A DNA stretch of 64,000 nucleotides from Lepidodermella squamata. Taxonomy: Eukaryota; Animalia; Gastrotricha. Location: assembly GCA_047495785.1 (NCBI GenBank), contig JBLDXI010000054.1, positions 1,116,001 to 1,180,000 on the forward strand. Reading direction: 5' to 3'. The notes beneath the pieces were generated by a model. It was not told the origin of the DNA and searched no databases. It saw only the letters and a program-made list of their open reading frames with translations. How positions within the stretch are numbered: position 1 is the stretch's first letter; every line of letters starts with the position of its first letter. Below, one piece after another: positions 11,193 through 24,144 of the stretch. A program made the position numbers and the translations under genes.

Positions 11193-13340
11193 TAGTCGCT
11201 CCTAATATTCTATCTATCAAAATCTATTAAAAAAGCGCAAATCATTAAATTAAATTGGTTGGTTAAATGGCTCGAAGCTCGAAATGGAGAGACAATTGGT
11301 GGTAATAGAGGCGAAAGAGGTTCTAATGCCTAAAGCTGCACAGAAATAAGCTGAATTAATGTCGATTAGGCTGAATGCTGAATGCTGAATACTTTAGTCC
11401 TTTTCATAGGTCTGTAGAGAACAGGGAGAGCAGGTTCTCAGAAAATTCGATGGAAATAGGGATAATGCACAGTTTCTGTTATCGTTAACACTTAGCAAAC
11501 TTAATTCATATACTATTAAATTTCAGAAGGGGTAAGGTTACAGCTTATTAGGTTAATTGAACTCGAGCCTGGAAACTGGAAAACTTCGCAAGTCGCTTTC
11601 AAGTTGAATAGAAAGCACCTTTCACCATTTTTCCATATTTTCCATGAAGGAAAAAATTATCGGAAGTTCACACAGGATTAAAAGGAAACAGCCATGAAGC
11701 TATATTTATTTCTGGCTAAACAGAAGCCTAAAAAATGCTACCTCAAGCCTTGAATTAGTAGCAAGAACTGGAAACATTTAATAAAACAGCAGGGTCACAG
11801 CCTTAACTCAACGTGTTACTTGGCGTATAATCTCATTTACATTGTCTATGCCATTCATTTTTTTTCAAAATATTTACGCTACGTTAACGCTAAAGCTTGA
11901 TAATATAGCTACAACACGTCAATTTTTACTAATACTATAAGCACTGCGCATGAGAACTGTGTTTACCTAGCAAACTTATCAAAGAATTACTTTCCTTAAA
12001 ATTAGGTCCGAAAAACCGAACAAGAACTAATTCAAAGAACAACGAAGTTTGGATTTCTATAGTTGCGGGGCTAGAATAGCAAAGCGAAGGTTATTTTCTA
12101 GCTATAATTTCGATAAAGAAAGGTTATTGGTTTGTCAATTTTACTAATTTACGTAATAGTTATAAAACGTGCACCTCGATGGGCCCATGTGTTTTCGCAT
12201 GTTTTATTCATTACTCCAGCATTTTTTACGCATCCATTCACCTCACAGTCAATACGGGTGGACCTGCATGCATCAAATGCGTGTGAGAAGATCAATTTTT
12301 CAGTAGGAAGGATTTTCGGGGCAGCCGGTGCGGCTAAATAAAAGGTCGCTTTTCAAAGCAACTTGAAATGCGCTAGAAAACGTCTTTAAACTTGACAACC
12401 GTAGTCAAAACATTGTTCCGTATCCATAATTCGGTATGTACGTGTACGGTAATTACATTCTGCTATTCCATTAATTTCGAAGATTCACCTGTAAGCAAGC
12501 TGTGAACTACCTAATACTTGGTAATAATCGAAAATTTGGACCTAAATAAAAGCGTTAAAATCTATCCTAGTCCAAGTGGACCGAGAACATCTTAGGCCTT
12601 AAAGTCATTAACAAATAAATCCGAAAATTTGCCAATTCACAATAAACAGTTTTCCATCGATGCTGAAGCACATTGCTATAATACTAAATCTGAAAAAACT
12701 GGAAAGGCCCAGCCAAGTGCAAGTGAAAAGGCTAATTGTCACAATCTTTCTGAAATTTGTGCTTCGAAGGCTAGGTTTGCGAGATGTGTTGATTGCTGAG
12801 CATTTGTTCAAGGTTCAAGTTACATTGCCTTCAATGTCGAAATATGGCTCCACAAATCTAATTCTTGACCATGTTACTTCTGGACCCGATTCGCCTATTG
12901 AACAGCGTGCATATTTTTCTGTAATATGCTTGCTGAAGAGGGTTAAGTCGTCTCTCCTTGTAAGTCACGTAGTTCACGCTTTTTACTGATGCTAAATTGG
13001 AGTGCACCGACATCTGGATCAAAATAATTAAAAGTCGACGAGACAATTTGTCCAGTTTTTAAAGAAGATGCGTACAAAGGTCCAAAGTGGGTGATTAAGA
13101 AGCTACAATATGAAAATCGATATCGCCTTGTCATGAAGAGATTCCTTTCCCTTGCAAAGCGCGAACCTTCTGCGAACATAACTGATTATGATAAACTGTG
13201 GCACTCCGCCCAGGAGTGGTTAATTATCGAGTTGGAGAGGTTAATTTGACGACTTGCATTTAAGGTCATAGCGCGAATTCATCATTTTGAATTATCAAAC
13301 CTTAACCGAATTTTACACATTAACCATTTTCTCTTGCTCA

Positions 13341-16106
13341 ATGGAGAAGCATATATTTTCTATTCTGATCATCCTTCCTGCAATTCCCAATGTTTGGATG
13401 AAAGTATTCGTGAACAGTCCCATGCCAAGCCGCATTTTATCATCGAGTTACAACGAAAGCGTCCGCGGGCTGAAGAAGGTAATATCGATACCCGCAACTA
13501 TCAACAACGGCGGACCTCTTCTCCCTATCGGATCAACTTGCACTGAGGGCATGCGTTTCGCGATCGACAGCATAAATTCCCGCACAGATTTCCTGCAGGG
13601 CTATGAATTAGCCATAGACCCTATCGACGATATGGTATATATAGTTACTGTCCGATTCTTTGAAAGAAGATAATTTCCTATTTTGTTAGTGCTCACGAGC
13701 TCTTGGAGTCAACAAGTTTTCAGGTGAAATGCGGAGAAGTGACGAAATCGCTGACAGGTTCCCAATTCATTTGGGCTCTTACTGCTCGGGAAACATTTAC
13801 ACTGGCCAATATCATCACCATTTCAACTTTTTAGGGGTAAATTCCACGTTAGCTGGTTTACTATATGTCATATTTAATTCCTCTTCTAGCTCACTTTAGT
13901 TGCTGCTGCGGATGAGGTTCACAAGTCTACATCACAGTACAGCGGCTATTTCCCCACCTTACCGCTTTTGGGAACCGGCCACTACGCTCTACCAAAGTTG
14001 TTCGACATGATGAATTGGCGAAAAATTGGCATCATATCTGAGAACTCAAATTACAACAACGAAGTAAGCCTCAAAAAATAATCTGAGAATTTGTATAACA
14101 ATCTCCCAGATTGAGACTAAACTCACAGCTGATTTGGAGAAACTCAGCCCTCCGGCTACGGTCGGTATATTCAGATTCCTATACATGTCTGGGGTTGCCC
14201 CGGAATCCAGCTGGATCGAAGGCCCAGCGCTTGAGTTGAAAGAATTCAATCCGCGAATCATCATAGTCAACGCTGTTCTCTCGGTTCGAGTAGCTTGTTG
14301 GCTTCACAGGCTCAAAATGTACGGTCCAAACTACGTCATCCTATCTATGGCCATAACATCTTTCGGCCCGGCTGATATACTTCGCTTCTCAGATTGGTGC
14401 TCTGAGGAAATGCTGAGGCAGGTCTTGGAGAGTTTCATCTACTTTGGATACGCCAATTCGATGAACATGGGCGATTTCGATTCGGTTGATTCATTGGGTA
14501 ATACGGGACGCCAGCTGGATAACGCTCTCCAGCGGGCTGTTGAAAGTCCCGAGAGTGATTCAAGATGGTGGCATTGGCGGTCTTACTGCTACGACAATGT
14601 CATGATAGCTGCTCATGTTTTAAATCAAACTGAATCTACCTTGAACAAACGTAAGTAACGCCCTATTCCCTTTTTGTTTAATCCCAAATTGTATACAGGT
14701 AACGAAACTCTGTCTGATTGGTTCACGTCAAAACGGAAATTTCAACAAAACGGCTCGCAGATATTCGAAACAATGAAGGAGTCGCTTTTCTCGACAAAAC
14801 TGATGACCAAAATGGGTTATGTCGAGTTCGATGAGACGACCAAGCGTAACACCAAGGGCAAAATGAATATCGGCTTCTTCCAAGTTCGAATCGATGAGAA
14901 AAACCGTTTGGCACCATGGGTTATCGCGACGTTTGATACTAGTAATGGAAAATTTGACGCTAAGCTTGAAGCTATGAAATGGCGGACTGCAAGTGGAGCT
15001 CCGCCTTCGGACAGGCTCAGAATTATCCAAATAAACGCGCCTTTGATAGCTACATCTGCTTATGGAGTTATCCTCTCGGCTGCAATTCTGCTCATGGCTT
15101 TCATTTTTATTGTCGGGTTCAGCCAAAGGAAGCAGGCCGATGCGCCGGATTTTGCTGTACTATGCGGGGACTTTTTTCTGTGTCTTCATGTCATAGTTCA
15201 ACCTTCTTCGGCTATCTCAAGCCTGGAAGTCGCATGTATGGCAGCCTACGCCTTCTTGTTCTATGGAATATTCTGGCAATTAGCAGGAATGCTGGGGAAG
15301 ATAGAAATCGCAAAAAGTAGACATTTAGCTGAAGCAAGAGCACGTTCCAGAGCTAATGAGCGCTCACCGCGGCCAGCAGACAGACGAAAGCACAACAAGG
15401 AATGTCCGCCCATCGACTACTCATCTTCGGGCAGGGTGACGCCCGCAATATTCGTCCTACTTTTCGCTGTGTTTTTCATCCTCATCTTGGCGTGGTTCTT
15501 CGTCGATCCAATGTCTGTGAAGATAGCATCTACAGGATACCATCAATCTGCCCACGATGAGAGTATCGCTTACGAATCAACATCACTGGTATGTTCAACT
15601 GGCGAGAGAATCTCCTCGAAGGTTTTTCTTAGCCTAATAACTGCGACACTCGCTGTAATGGCTCTGAGGGGCGGATACGTCGCCTACGTCATAAGAACGG
15701 TAATTGCCCAATTATCAACCCTTTCCCTGGCAACTAATTTTTTCCACTAAAACAGAGAACAGAAACAGTAATTGCTGAACTGGCAGTCAAGTGTATGTAT
15801 GGGAGCGTGGTTCTGTGGGTGGGCGGTGGCGTCGTAGCCGGTGCAATATTTGCCGATTCCGAGCAATCGAAGCGCATTTCTATTGCAATGACAATTTTCA
15901 CAAGTATTTCGCTGAATCTTGCGCTGCTTTTTGGCATGAAGTCGAGGGAGCAATGTCGATCGACTGTTGCTCCAAGTGGGGCATCTTTACATGACAGGGG
16001 AGCTCGTTCTCCAGCTCACAATCAACAATTTGGCGTTGCTGATATTTCGCGATTCGTTGAAGATAACGGCATGAAATCGCTTAGAAATCTAGCTCTAGAA
16101 CCGTAG
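13341..16106 (+). CDS. Class C GPCR, GABA-B-like, paralog A (about 6 exons)
   Basis: EGMRFAIDSINSRTDFLQGYELAIDPIDD, MMNWRKIGII, VACWLHRLKMYGPNYVIL, YCYDNV, then 7TM with ILAWFFVDPM; separated by ~45-55-nt GT-AG introns. Confidence 0.82.
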
Positions 16107-16496
16107 ACTTGAAGCATAGAGGGTCTACGTTCAAAGATAAACGTGGGCAAAGCAGCAGGTTAATCTGATCTCTATGGCTAGAAATATGAATATGCTAGAA
16201 AGATTTGCATATATGAATTCCATGCCTATGTGAATCAAAATGAAAAAATAACTTGTACCTATTGCTCTTTCGTTGAAAAAATCTCCTTGTTATTTCCCAG
16301 ACCTATTCAAGATTTAGTACAATAATGCAAGACATTGCTATAAAAATCGACACCAGAAGATGTGTTTCATGTGCATTCGGCATTCAGCCCCTTTTTTCTT
16401 GTTCTAATTATGGCCGAATTCTCTTTCAATTTATCTTATCAAATGAATCCTTAACAAGCACGGCAAGGGCAGCCTCAGCAGCCTGCATTCAAAATC

Positions 16497-16690
16497 CGAC
16501 CGCACACGCTTTTCTAATCCTTTTGATTCCCTGGATTCTAAAAATAGCTGTGCTTAGGCCGGTGCTAGGAGAGGTGTCTATGGGACACAAATTTGAATGG
16601 CCACACAGCGGCCTGGTCTGTCTTGAAACACTAGTGGGGCGACCTAGGACGCCACTTCATGATTGCAATCAGAGCTTGTAATTTCAGACA
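16497..16690 (+). promoter_or_regulatory. Conserved upstream block shared by all three Ly6 genes
   Basis: ttctaat.cttttgatt.tctggat.ctaaaaat...gctaggagag(g)tgtctatgggaca recurs at ~18415-18626 and ~38460-38663, each directly upstream of a Ly6 ATG. Confidence 0.6.
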
Positions 16691-17641
16691 ATGTTCAACA
16701 TTGCAGCTTTTGCGGCTGTTGTTTCAAGCCTTTTCGCGGTTGCTTCAGGTGAAAAACTCGCTATTATTTTAATCATAAAAAGCATTGACCGTTTACAAGT
16801 GAAAAATGGGAAAATAATTGCTCGTTTTCCAAAATATTTGTTACATGAGGTGTTTTTACTTGAGGATTTTGAATTTTATATGAATTCTGAATGCTTCAAT
16901 CCACCTCAGAAGACGGGAGATTCCAAAATGTCGCCGAAAGGGTTTTGATTTAGGTTGACGTGGAAGCCCTAGTTTGATTCTACGTGGAAGCCCCAGTTTG
17001 ATTCTATCTTCTATCCAATCTTTGAACATTTCGCAAGCTTTCCTACCTCAGATTATCCCAAAAATCTTGACTGCGTTTGAGAAAATAACTAAATTATTTC
17101 GATGCAAGAAATATCTAACTTTAAACGCGAATTTTTTGAAATGATAAATTTCCACCCGTAAAATTTCCCAGCAACCCCGATGATGCTCCTCGCTCTGTGA
17201 TTCTGAAGGCGGCTTCGACTTATCTCACGAGAAAATCAAACATTATCAAAACCGCATTTTTCACTTGATAACGGCAAAGTGTTCTCTTCCAGCTGTTACC
17301 TGCTATCAAAGTGTCCTCGGCATTTTATCCGGCGATTGCACGGGTTCCTACTGCATGGTAAAATCCCTCTAAAATATTGAATAAACACTTGATTACATCC
17401 TTCGAAATTGTAGAAAACGGTCGCCACTGTGAATGGCAATACAGTGGCTTCGAAGTTCTGCTCAGCGACCTGCGATGAAGGCCCTAAAAGTGCTTCGATG
17501 GGCGGCCTGACATCAACCGGTAATGCTTACTGCTGTTCATCGAATTATTGCAACTCAGCCCCGAACAACATCGCCAGCAGTATGGCGCCTGTTGCGTTCA
17601 TGCTTGCAGCGTCATGGTCTCGCTGCTATCTGCTATCTTAA
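16691..17641 (+). CDS. Ly6/three-finger (quiver/sleepless-like) protein, copy 1; frameshifted GPI tail
   Basis: Three exons: signal MFNIAAFAAVVSSLFAVAS / AVTCYQSVLGILSGDCTGSYCM / KTVATVNG...FCSATC...YCCSSNYCN; 8 Cys with terminal CC-x4-CN. Confidence 0.8.
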
Positions 17642-18626
17642 CCGCGATTGGAAGCAGAATAAACGATATGATAGCCAATTATCGACCTCGAAAATCAGTA
17701 TTTTTGAGACACATTCTAGCGTCCGATATTACGTGTTATAGGTTAAAGGCATGATCTGTTTTCGATTGAAGTTCATTGTCCCATGGCCTACATTTCAATA
17801 ATAAATAAACTTGTAGCTGTTTTTTTCAAGATCACCTTACATATCAGGCTTGATCTCTGCACAGTGACTTTTGGTATGATTTTAGACTTTATTTCGGGAT
17901 TCCCACGGAGCTATTTATTGTCTTGCTTTCTCCCATATCAGTTTTTATTCCGGGGATTACAAATTGTCGGAGTTCGAAGCTCGTGAAATTATCGAGGGAG
18001 TTGCGTTTTTTGCTTGAAATACGGCAAAAGAAGAAAGATTTCAGAACTTAAACAACAAGGCCTTATTTTGGTGCTGCAAAAACTGCTGCAGGTAAGAAAT
18101 GGAAACGCTGATTGCTGATCTGAATGCTGAGCTTTGAAAAAGGTTTCAAATTTCAAACTTCAAACTTTCAACAATTTTTTGCTATTCATAATTCAATTTA
18201 TAATGGACGACCATTGAAAGCCCAATGAACTGTGCCAACTTTTGTTTTCCTCCAGCAAGTAAAAAAGTCCGCATTAAAACGGCATTAAAACGTAGTCTTG
18301 AATGAAAGCAACCCGTCGCCGGCATCTGTTGGTCTACCCTGAAATTCGAGGTCTCGGAGAAGAGCCGCAAGGGCAGCCTCATCGGCCTGCACCGACAAGA
18401 CCGCAAAAATCCCACGACGCATGCTTTTCTAATTCTTTTGATTCTCTGGATACTAAAAATAGTAGTGTTTAGGCCGGTGCTAGGAGAGGTGTCTATGGGA
18501 CACAAAAAGTGTAAATGACGGTGGTGGCTTGGCTGCTTGATCAGCCTTGAAACACTATTAGGGCGGCATTTTACGCTATTTCACTGCAAACTGCAAACTG
18601 CAAACTGAGCTTGTAATTCCAGAAAA

Positions 18627-19079
18627 ATGTTCAAAGTTCTCGCAATTGCTGCTGTCGTTTCAACCCTTTTCGCGGTTGCTTCAGGTGAAATATTGGTTAT
18701 ACTCCTACAGATAAAAGGCATACAATTGTTGTTTTCCAGCTGTTACCTGCTATCAAAGTTTCGCCGGCATTTCAACTAGCGATTGCACGGGTAACTACTG
18801 CATGGTAAAATTCCCATCCCAAAATTGAAAGCCGCTCGATAATGCCATTCTTTAAATTAGAAAACCGTCGCTACCGTGAATGGCAATACAATGGCTTCGA
18901 AGTTCTGCTCATCGACCTGCGATGAGGGCCCTAAAAGTACTTCGGTTGGCGGCCTGACATCAACAGGTAACGCTTACTGTTGTTCGTCGAATTATTGCAA
19001 CTCAGCTCCGAACAACATCGCAAGCAGTTTTGCAGCTGTCGCTCTCATGCTCGCAGCGTATGGTATTGCTGCTCTCTAA
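18627..19079 (+). CDS. Ly6/three-finger GPI-anchored protein, copy 2
   Basis: Same three-exon structure; TCYQ...CCSSNYCN followed by hydrophobic GPI-type tail SSFAAVALMLAAYGIAAL. Confidence 0.85.
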
Positions 19080-19419
19080 ACAGCGGCATAGCCAATCGGC
19101 CTCAAATTCTGAAACATGAGATACCCGGATTGCTTTTCAGAACTTTTTTGTCGGGTTTAAGAGTGATGCATGATCTGTTTGAGGTTCAAACCGTTATAAG
19201 CTTTATCGATTTAACAATAAATTGGTTTATCAATCGACATTCTCATCCTGTGTACTAGCTTTCGTTCAGCCGCGCGATAAAGAATCATTCGTTCACATCG
19301 ATGAATTTCGCCTCTGATTTGTAAGGTTGACGAGATAAGAACCCGGCATAAGGCGTGATATTACTGATAACAATTTGCTAATATAGTTCAAAATTTGAGG
19401 CAGGTAAATTATTTTAGAA

Positions 19420-20614
19420 ATGTCGAGCTCCGCAAATTCTTCCTGTGGGTGTTTTGCCGATGCTTGTAGCGACTGGCCACTCTCGATGCTCATGCATGCT
19501 GTTTTCATGCCTGCCGTCAGCTTTGTTATGTTCCTGATATCAGTTTCAACTTTGAAACAGATATCCAAGGCAATGCTGTACAATTTGTCTTCAAACATAC
19601 CCGCTAAAGCAGATTCTAGCCAGCAAAATATAGATAATAATGGCATAGCAGCGAATACGATCATTCCAGGTGAATTGAACGATGTTATCACGTTCGACAA
19701 CGAGATCAAGCGAAGTCAGAAGAAGTGTTACCTTTGTTTTCGAACCATTGTTCGGATAATGGCCGTCTTCTCCTTTGTTCGATCGCTGGATTTCATGAAA
19801 CCTGATGCCCATCTCACGCAATATCGCGGAGAATCAGGCTATTTGTTCTGCTACTTTGTTGTTCTAATGTTTTTCGTCCAGCGAAGTGCTAGAACCTTCC
19901 TGCTGATTTACTGCTCGATTTGCCTGGTGGAATTTCTGATAATAACTCGAAACATGCGACGTAGATTCGAGAAATTGGACGTTCCGCTACTGAAAATATC
20001 CGGAGCGCCTATTTTCACGACAATAGCTTGTGCAGTCGCTGTCATTCTAATGCTGACCTCTGTCGGAGTTTACGATTGTTCGATTTGCGACCAAGCATAC
20101 GGTATCGTTGGCATAGGCGAGCGAGATTTCGAATCGTTACCCATCTACGGAACTATTTTCACAATGATGGATAACATAAGCTTGGCTATATCTACTACAA
20201 TTGATTGTAAGTGAAATTTCACGAATTTTCCGAGTCATCCTTAATTCTTTTATTACAGCTTTCCTGTTGATTTCGGCAATAATCGGGTTAAGTTGGACTT
20301 TATATGTCACCAAGGCCTACTTCGAACCCGGAGATTCCTCAACATCCGCCTTTATTCGAGCTTGGGTTTCAGCAATGGTCGCAGCTATAGTGATAGCGTT
20401 GCACCAGAATTTTCATCAAGTCAGCGAGCTCTTGGATAAATTGGATCCTAGTCGGGATTTCGGCATACATATTGACTGCATATTTAATGGGACTCCTCTA
20501 GCTGTGTCTGATGAGTATTGTGTGGGTGACGACTATATCTTTCTGTTTGAAATCATGACTACTTCGGTGGCTTTACTTCAACTTAACTCGTTCCTCAGCT
20601 CTCAGGTTAGGTAG
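19420..20614 (+). CDS. Uncharacterised multi-pass membrane protein, 'CSDWPL' family copy 1 (2 exons)
   Basis: SCGCFADACSDWPLSMLMHAVFMP...; intron ~20208-20259; three paralogs in the window conserve both sequence and intron position. Confidence 0.75.
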
Positions 20615-21172
20615 CTTCGCTTCCTTCGATTCTCCGTTCTACTTTATCCGAAGATCAAAGCTTCCATTTGTTTTCTTGAAGTCCATTGACTAAATGGAGT
20701 CTATAATTCTCATACGAAATCATATTTGTATGGTATAACATGAGTAAAAAGTTCATATCTGAATGCGGCGAGTTCAGATATAAACGATTTACGAATGTTA
20801 TACCGTAAAATATCGAATTGGCCAAGCTACTCGACCTATATATCTATAAATATCGCATGGGTACTAACACTATATTTTTTGAGCGAATGCTATATTTGTA
20901 TGATGTAGTATGAGTAGCACGAGTCTATATATTCGAGTAGCACGAAATATAGATCGAATAAAACGAATGAAACGAGTGAAATCCAGCTGTTTGTGCTAGT
21001 GTAATGCTAGCCCAAAGAAAAAGGTGAATTGTATGAGATAGGAGATGCTATCATTTCATTATTGTCTATACTACAACGCATAAAAACCGCATTCCGGGTC
21101 TGAATTTTATTCTTTGTTTATTCTCTATTCTTCCTTTTTAAAGATATTTTCTGCTTGAAAAATAAGACTGAG

Positions 21173-21645
21173 CTAATTAAGCGTGGGACTGCTGCATGAC
21201 TTGGGGCTCCAGCCCTGATGTTCGTAATCGAAATCACAAAATTTATGAACCTGTGTCCTCATATTCAGATACATAGCAACCTCCAAATATCGCAGCACGT
21301 GATCGCCCCAGCGTTTCTCGTACATCTGTAAAGAATCAACAGCTTCACGCTTGAAGGCTTGAATCCCGGGATGATCGCGAAACGTTGGGATGTGCAGTAT
21401 TTCAAAGTTATTGTAGAAAACTGGAAATTTGTAGCTCCGTTTCGCATCGGGCAGTCTCGAAAATTTTGGCAGCTGCAAGGTGAAAATTGAATTTCTTTCC
21501 TGCTTGGTAATGTAATTCTCAACGAAATCGACCAAGCCACTTGTGACATGTGGCGAATCCCTGTTCACCACTCTGGTACCATACAAGTATCTCTTCTCTT
21601 TCATGTAAGCAAAAATGTCGTAATTTATGGGTGAAGCTATATTCG
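21173..21645 (-). pseudogene. GT15 (KRE2/MNT1-like) alpha-1,2-mannosyltransferase, 3' half, separated by LTR insertion
   Basis: NIASPINYDIFAYMKEKRYLYG...FYNNFEI...MYEKRWGDHVLR...DFDYEH: GT15-type motifs (YDxF, FY/WxNFEI, RWGD). Confidence 0.85.
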
Positions 21646-22298
21646 TGTCACACCTATCTATTAGAACAGAGTTATATCAAACCAGTAGCTTGATCAACTC
21701 GAATAACAGATAGAGAATTAATTCTGGTATTTGATATTTTATTGCGACACTTGTTCGGTGACACAGGGCAGAAGTCTTTGGATGACTTCGTCGACAGTTA
21801 GTAGCACACGTAACTCTAGTGTCATAAACTAATCAAAGCTCGTGAGCTGTTAGCTTTGCTAGTTCTAGTGGTCTGCTAGTTAAGCTTGTTAGTTAGTTGA
21901 TACAGAATGAGAAACATGGAGTTTATATAGGCTCATGCTACTGCGTCATTGGAATATTGCCAAGATCCATCATAGTACTTTCTATAGATGATTCATATTT
22001 ATCAAGTCGAAGCTATGATGAGTCATAATTATTATGACGTATCGATTGCATCATGGAGATGAGTCATCATTTCTATTGCGTATTGATTGCGCATTATCTT
22101 TGAATCGATTGCTGATCGATTTCCTATTGCGTATTTCGAGATTGCTGATGCGTAGTTACGAATTATTGTTGCGTACGGAGGTGCGTCGTAACTCATTTCT
22201 GATGTTCGAGCGTTGGTGGCTTGAAACCGGTAGCTGGTATTGAAAATATGAATAAACCTTTTGAAACGTATTGGTGTTGAGTGTTTAATCCGATGACA
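21646..22298 (-). repeat. 3' LTR (653 bp)
   Basis: Direct repeat of 30224-30876 at offset 8578; preceded on the minus strand by a short purine-rich tract (cgcgggagg, 22299-22307). Confidence 0.97.
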
Positions 22299-22745
22299 CC
22301 TCCCGCGTTACTTTACATTTCGTCCCGAAATGATGGCGACTTTTCAAAACGCGTCGGTTGATTTTTGGCAAAAATTCCAGAATCCTGCGGCGAAAACTAA
22401 ATTTTATTTGGTAAAACAATTTTTAAAATATTTTTAAAATATTATTTTAGCATCAATAATTATTTATTTAGCTAAAATATATTTTTCCTTCACCTTTCTC
22501 AGGAGTTTTCGAGAAAAAGTTGCAGGTTTAAGTTAGTAGGTGAACGTGATTTTTCAGCGGTTTTGGGTGGTTTTTCACTCTTCAAGACTTTGTCCACTCA
22601 GGTTTCTTTATTAAAACGACCGTTTTACTTAGTTCTTTAGGGCTTTTACTAACAATTTTCGTATTTTGTTTATCTAAATCGTTTCTAGGTTTTAATGGGT
22701 GACATAGGGAAGTTCACGCAGTGTTTATCTTTTACGCTCTTCTTT

Positions 22746-23342
22746 CTACCACTTCGGTTCTTGCTGTTGATATGTTTCGGGTGACCAGACTGATACGCAT
22801 CCGGCCTTTGGCGGGAATTCATGCTGGATCCGGACCACTGTGTCCAAATTTATGTTGAATTTGCCATCTGTTACGTGCATGTTGAACACATGGGCTGGCT
22901 GTGTTTGCACATAGTGATTGTCCCTTACGGGTCCTGCTACCTCCTTCTCTTGGCCTGTTGTTACTGCAGTCGTACTTGCGCTCAGATTCGGCATAGTTTC
23001 GACCGCCAATTTTGGTACCAGGATCTTAGGTGAGCACCTCTGGGTCTCTTCCTGTGGTTGCTTGCTTAGACGATAGATCCCGTTGCTCGTGGCTGCTTCT
23101 CCAGCCAAAGTTCTTCGTAGCGCAATGGCTTCTTCTTCTTGCTGCTTTTCTTCTCGCGATATGTATTTCGATCTTAGGGGAATACTTTCGGCGTAGAGTT
23201 GATCATATGGAGCCGGTCTCTTTGTCCGGTCCATACGGACTCGTTCCTCCGGTGTGGCCTCTTGATACTCGCGAGCATAACGGTAACGCCGCGATTCCAT
23301 CTTGGATGGCGACAGTTCTTTCTTGGAGACTTTGGCAGCCAT
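22746..23342 (-). CDS. Retrotransposon accessory ORF5, 198 aa, charged, unknown function
   Basis: ATG-initiated, same strand as pol, inside the LTRs, flanked by AT-rich spacers. Confidence 0.55.
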   Translation of the reverse strand: MAAKVSKKELSPSKMESRRYRYAREYQEATPEERVRMDRTKRPAPYDQLYAESIPLRSKYISREEKQQEEEAIALRRTLAGEAATSNGIYRLSKQPQEETQRCSPKILVPKLAVETMPNLSASTTAVTTGQEKEVAGPVRDNHYVQTQPAHVFNMHVTDGKFNINLDTVVRIQHEFPPKAGCVSVWSPETYQQQEPKW

Positions 23343-23574
23343 TGATAATAATTTTTCAAAATTCTAAGATTATAGATTATATTAAGTTTAACAAGTTTTA
23401 AATTTTGCCTTTTCCTTTTATTGTTTCTAGGTTCTAGATTTGTAAAACAGTAAAGACTGAGCTTATAGTTTAATGAGTCGGCTTCTTGTGATGATTTGTC
23501 GGTGCTAGTATGGCTGTCATGGTTGGTTATCTATGGTCGAACATTGTGAAGTTCTTCTGTTGTGACGGGGCTGT

Positions 23575-23877
23575 TTATTCTTCCATCATGGGTGAACCAT
23601 TTGTCAACGTCTCCTCTGACGTTGCAGGCGTTGTGGTTGGCGAGATAGTATCTAATACGAGTAGTATCAGTTCGAACGAGGTCTCGAGGAAAATAAGGAT
23701 TGTGGGTACAATCCTTGTCCCTATGGGGCTGACCGGCCGACCATCGAAACCGACCGGGTTGAAGTGGTCAACCCTCGTCAGAATTTCCCCGAATGCAAAG
23801 TCGAGGTAAGCTCTGAGTTCGGGCACCGTCGTCGGTTGCCTGTACAGGGCCGCGGCGCGATCTTGCAGATGAGCCAT
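23575..23877 (-). CDS. Retrotransposon accessory ORF4, 100 aa, unknown function
   Basis: acaATGG start context, sense to pol, one hydrophobic segment. Confidence 0.45.
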   Translation of the reverse strand: MAHLQDRAAALYRQPTTVPELRAYLDFAFGEILTRVDHFNPVGFDGRPVSPIGTRIVPTILIFLETSFELILLVLDTISPTTTPATSEETLTNGSPMMEE

Positions 23878-24144
23878 TGTGAGTTTTGAAAATTAATTGT
23901 ATATTGAGGTAACAGAGTTCTAACAAGTTGAAGACATCAGTCATTAGGCCAGGCTTATTTATTTATTATGCCTTAGTTATTTTCTTGTCATGCCAGGGTA
24001 TGCGTATAATATCCTTTCGGTAGTTGACTAGTATTCTTTAACAAGGTATCAATGTAACAGACGCCTGTTAGCAATTTGCTTTTTGTTTTCCAGGGATACA
24101 ACTTTACTGATTGCCGTGGCTTTCGAGTCCTGGGTGAGCAGTTT

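Noticed and set aside
16958-17006. 24-bp tandem duplicate in the Ly6 intron; also the ~38-bp direct repeats near 5030 and 5332
   Set aside because: Only two units each, with no spacer array or cas genes; not CRISPR, just local duplication.
20720-20990. Degenerate internal repeats (tatatttgtatg, gagtagcacga)
   Set aside because: Probably a repeat remnant; no termini, TSD or second copy to define it.
22034-22243. Identical 69-aa ORFs at 22034 and 30612
   Set aside because: They lie inside the two LTRs, antisense to the element; identity reflects LTR duplication only.
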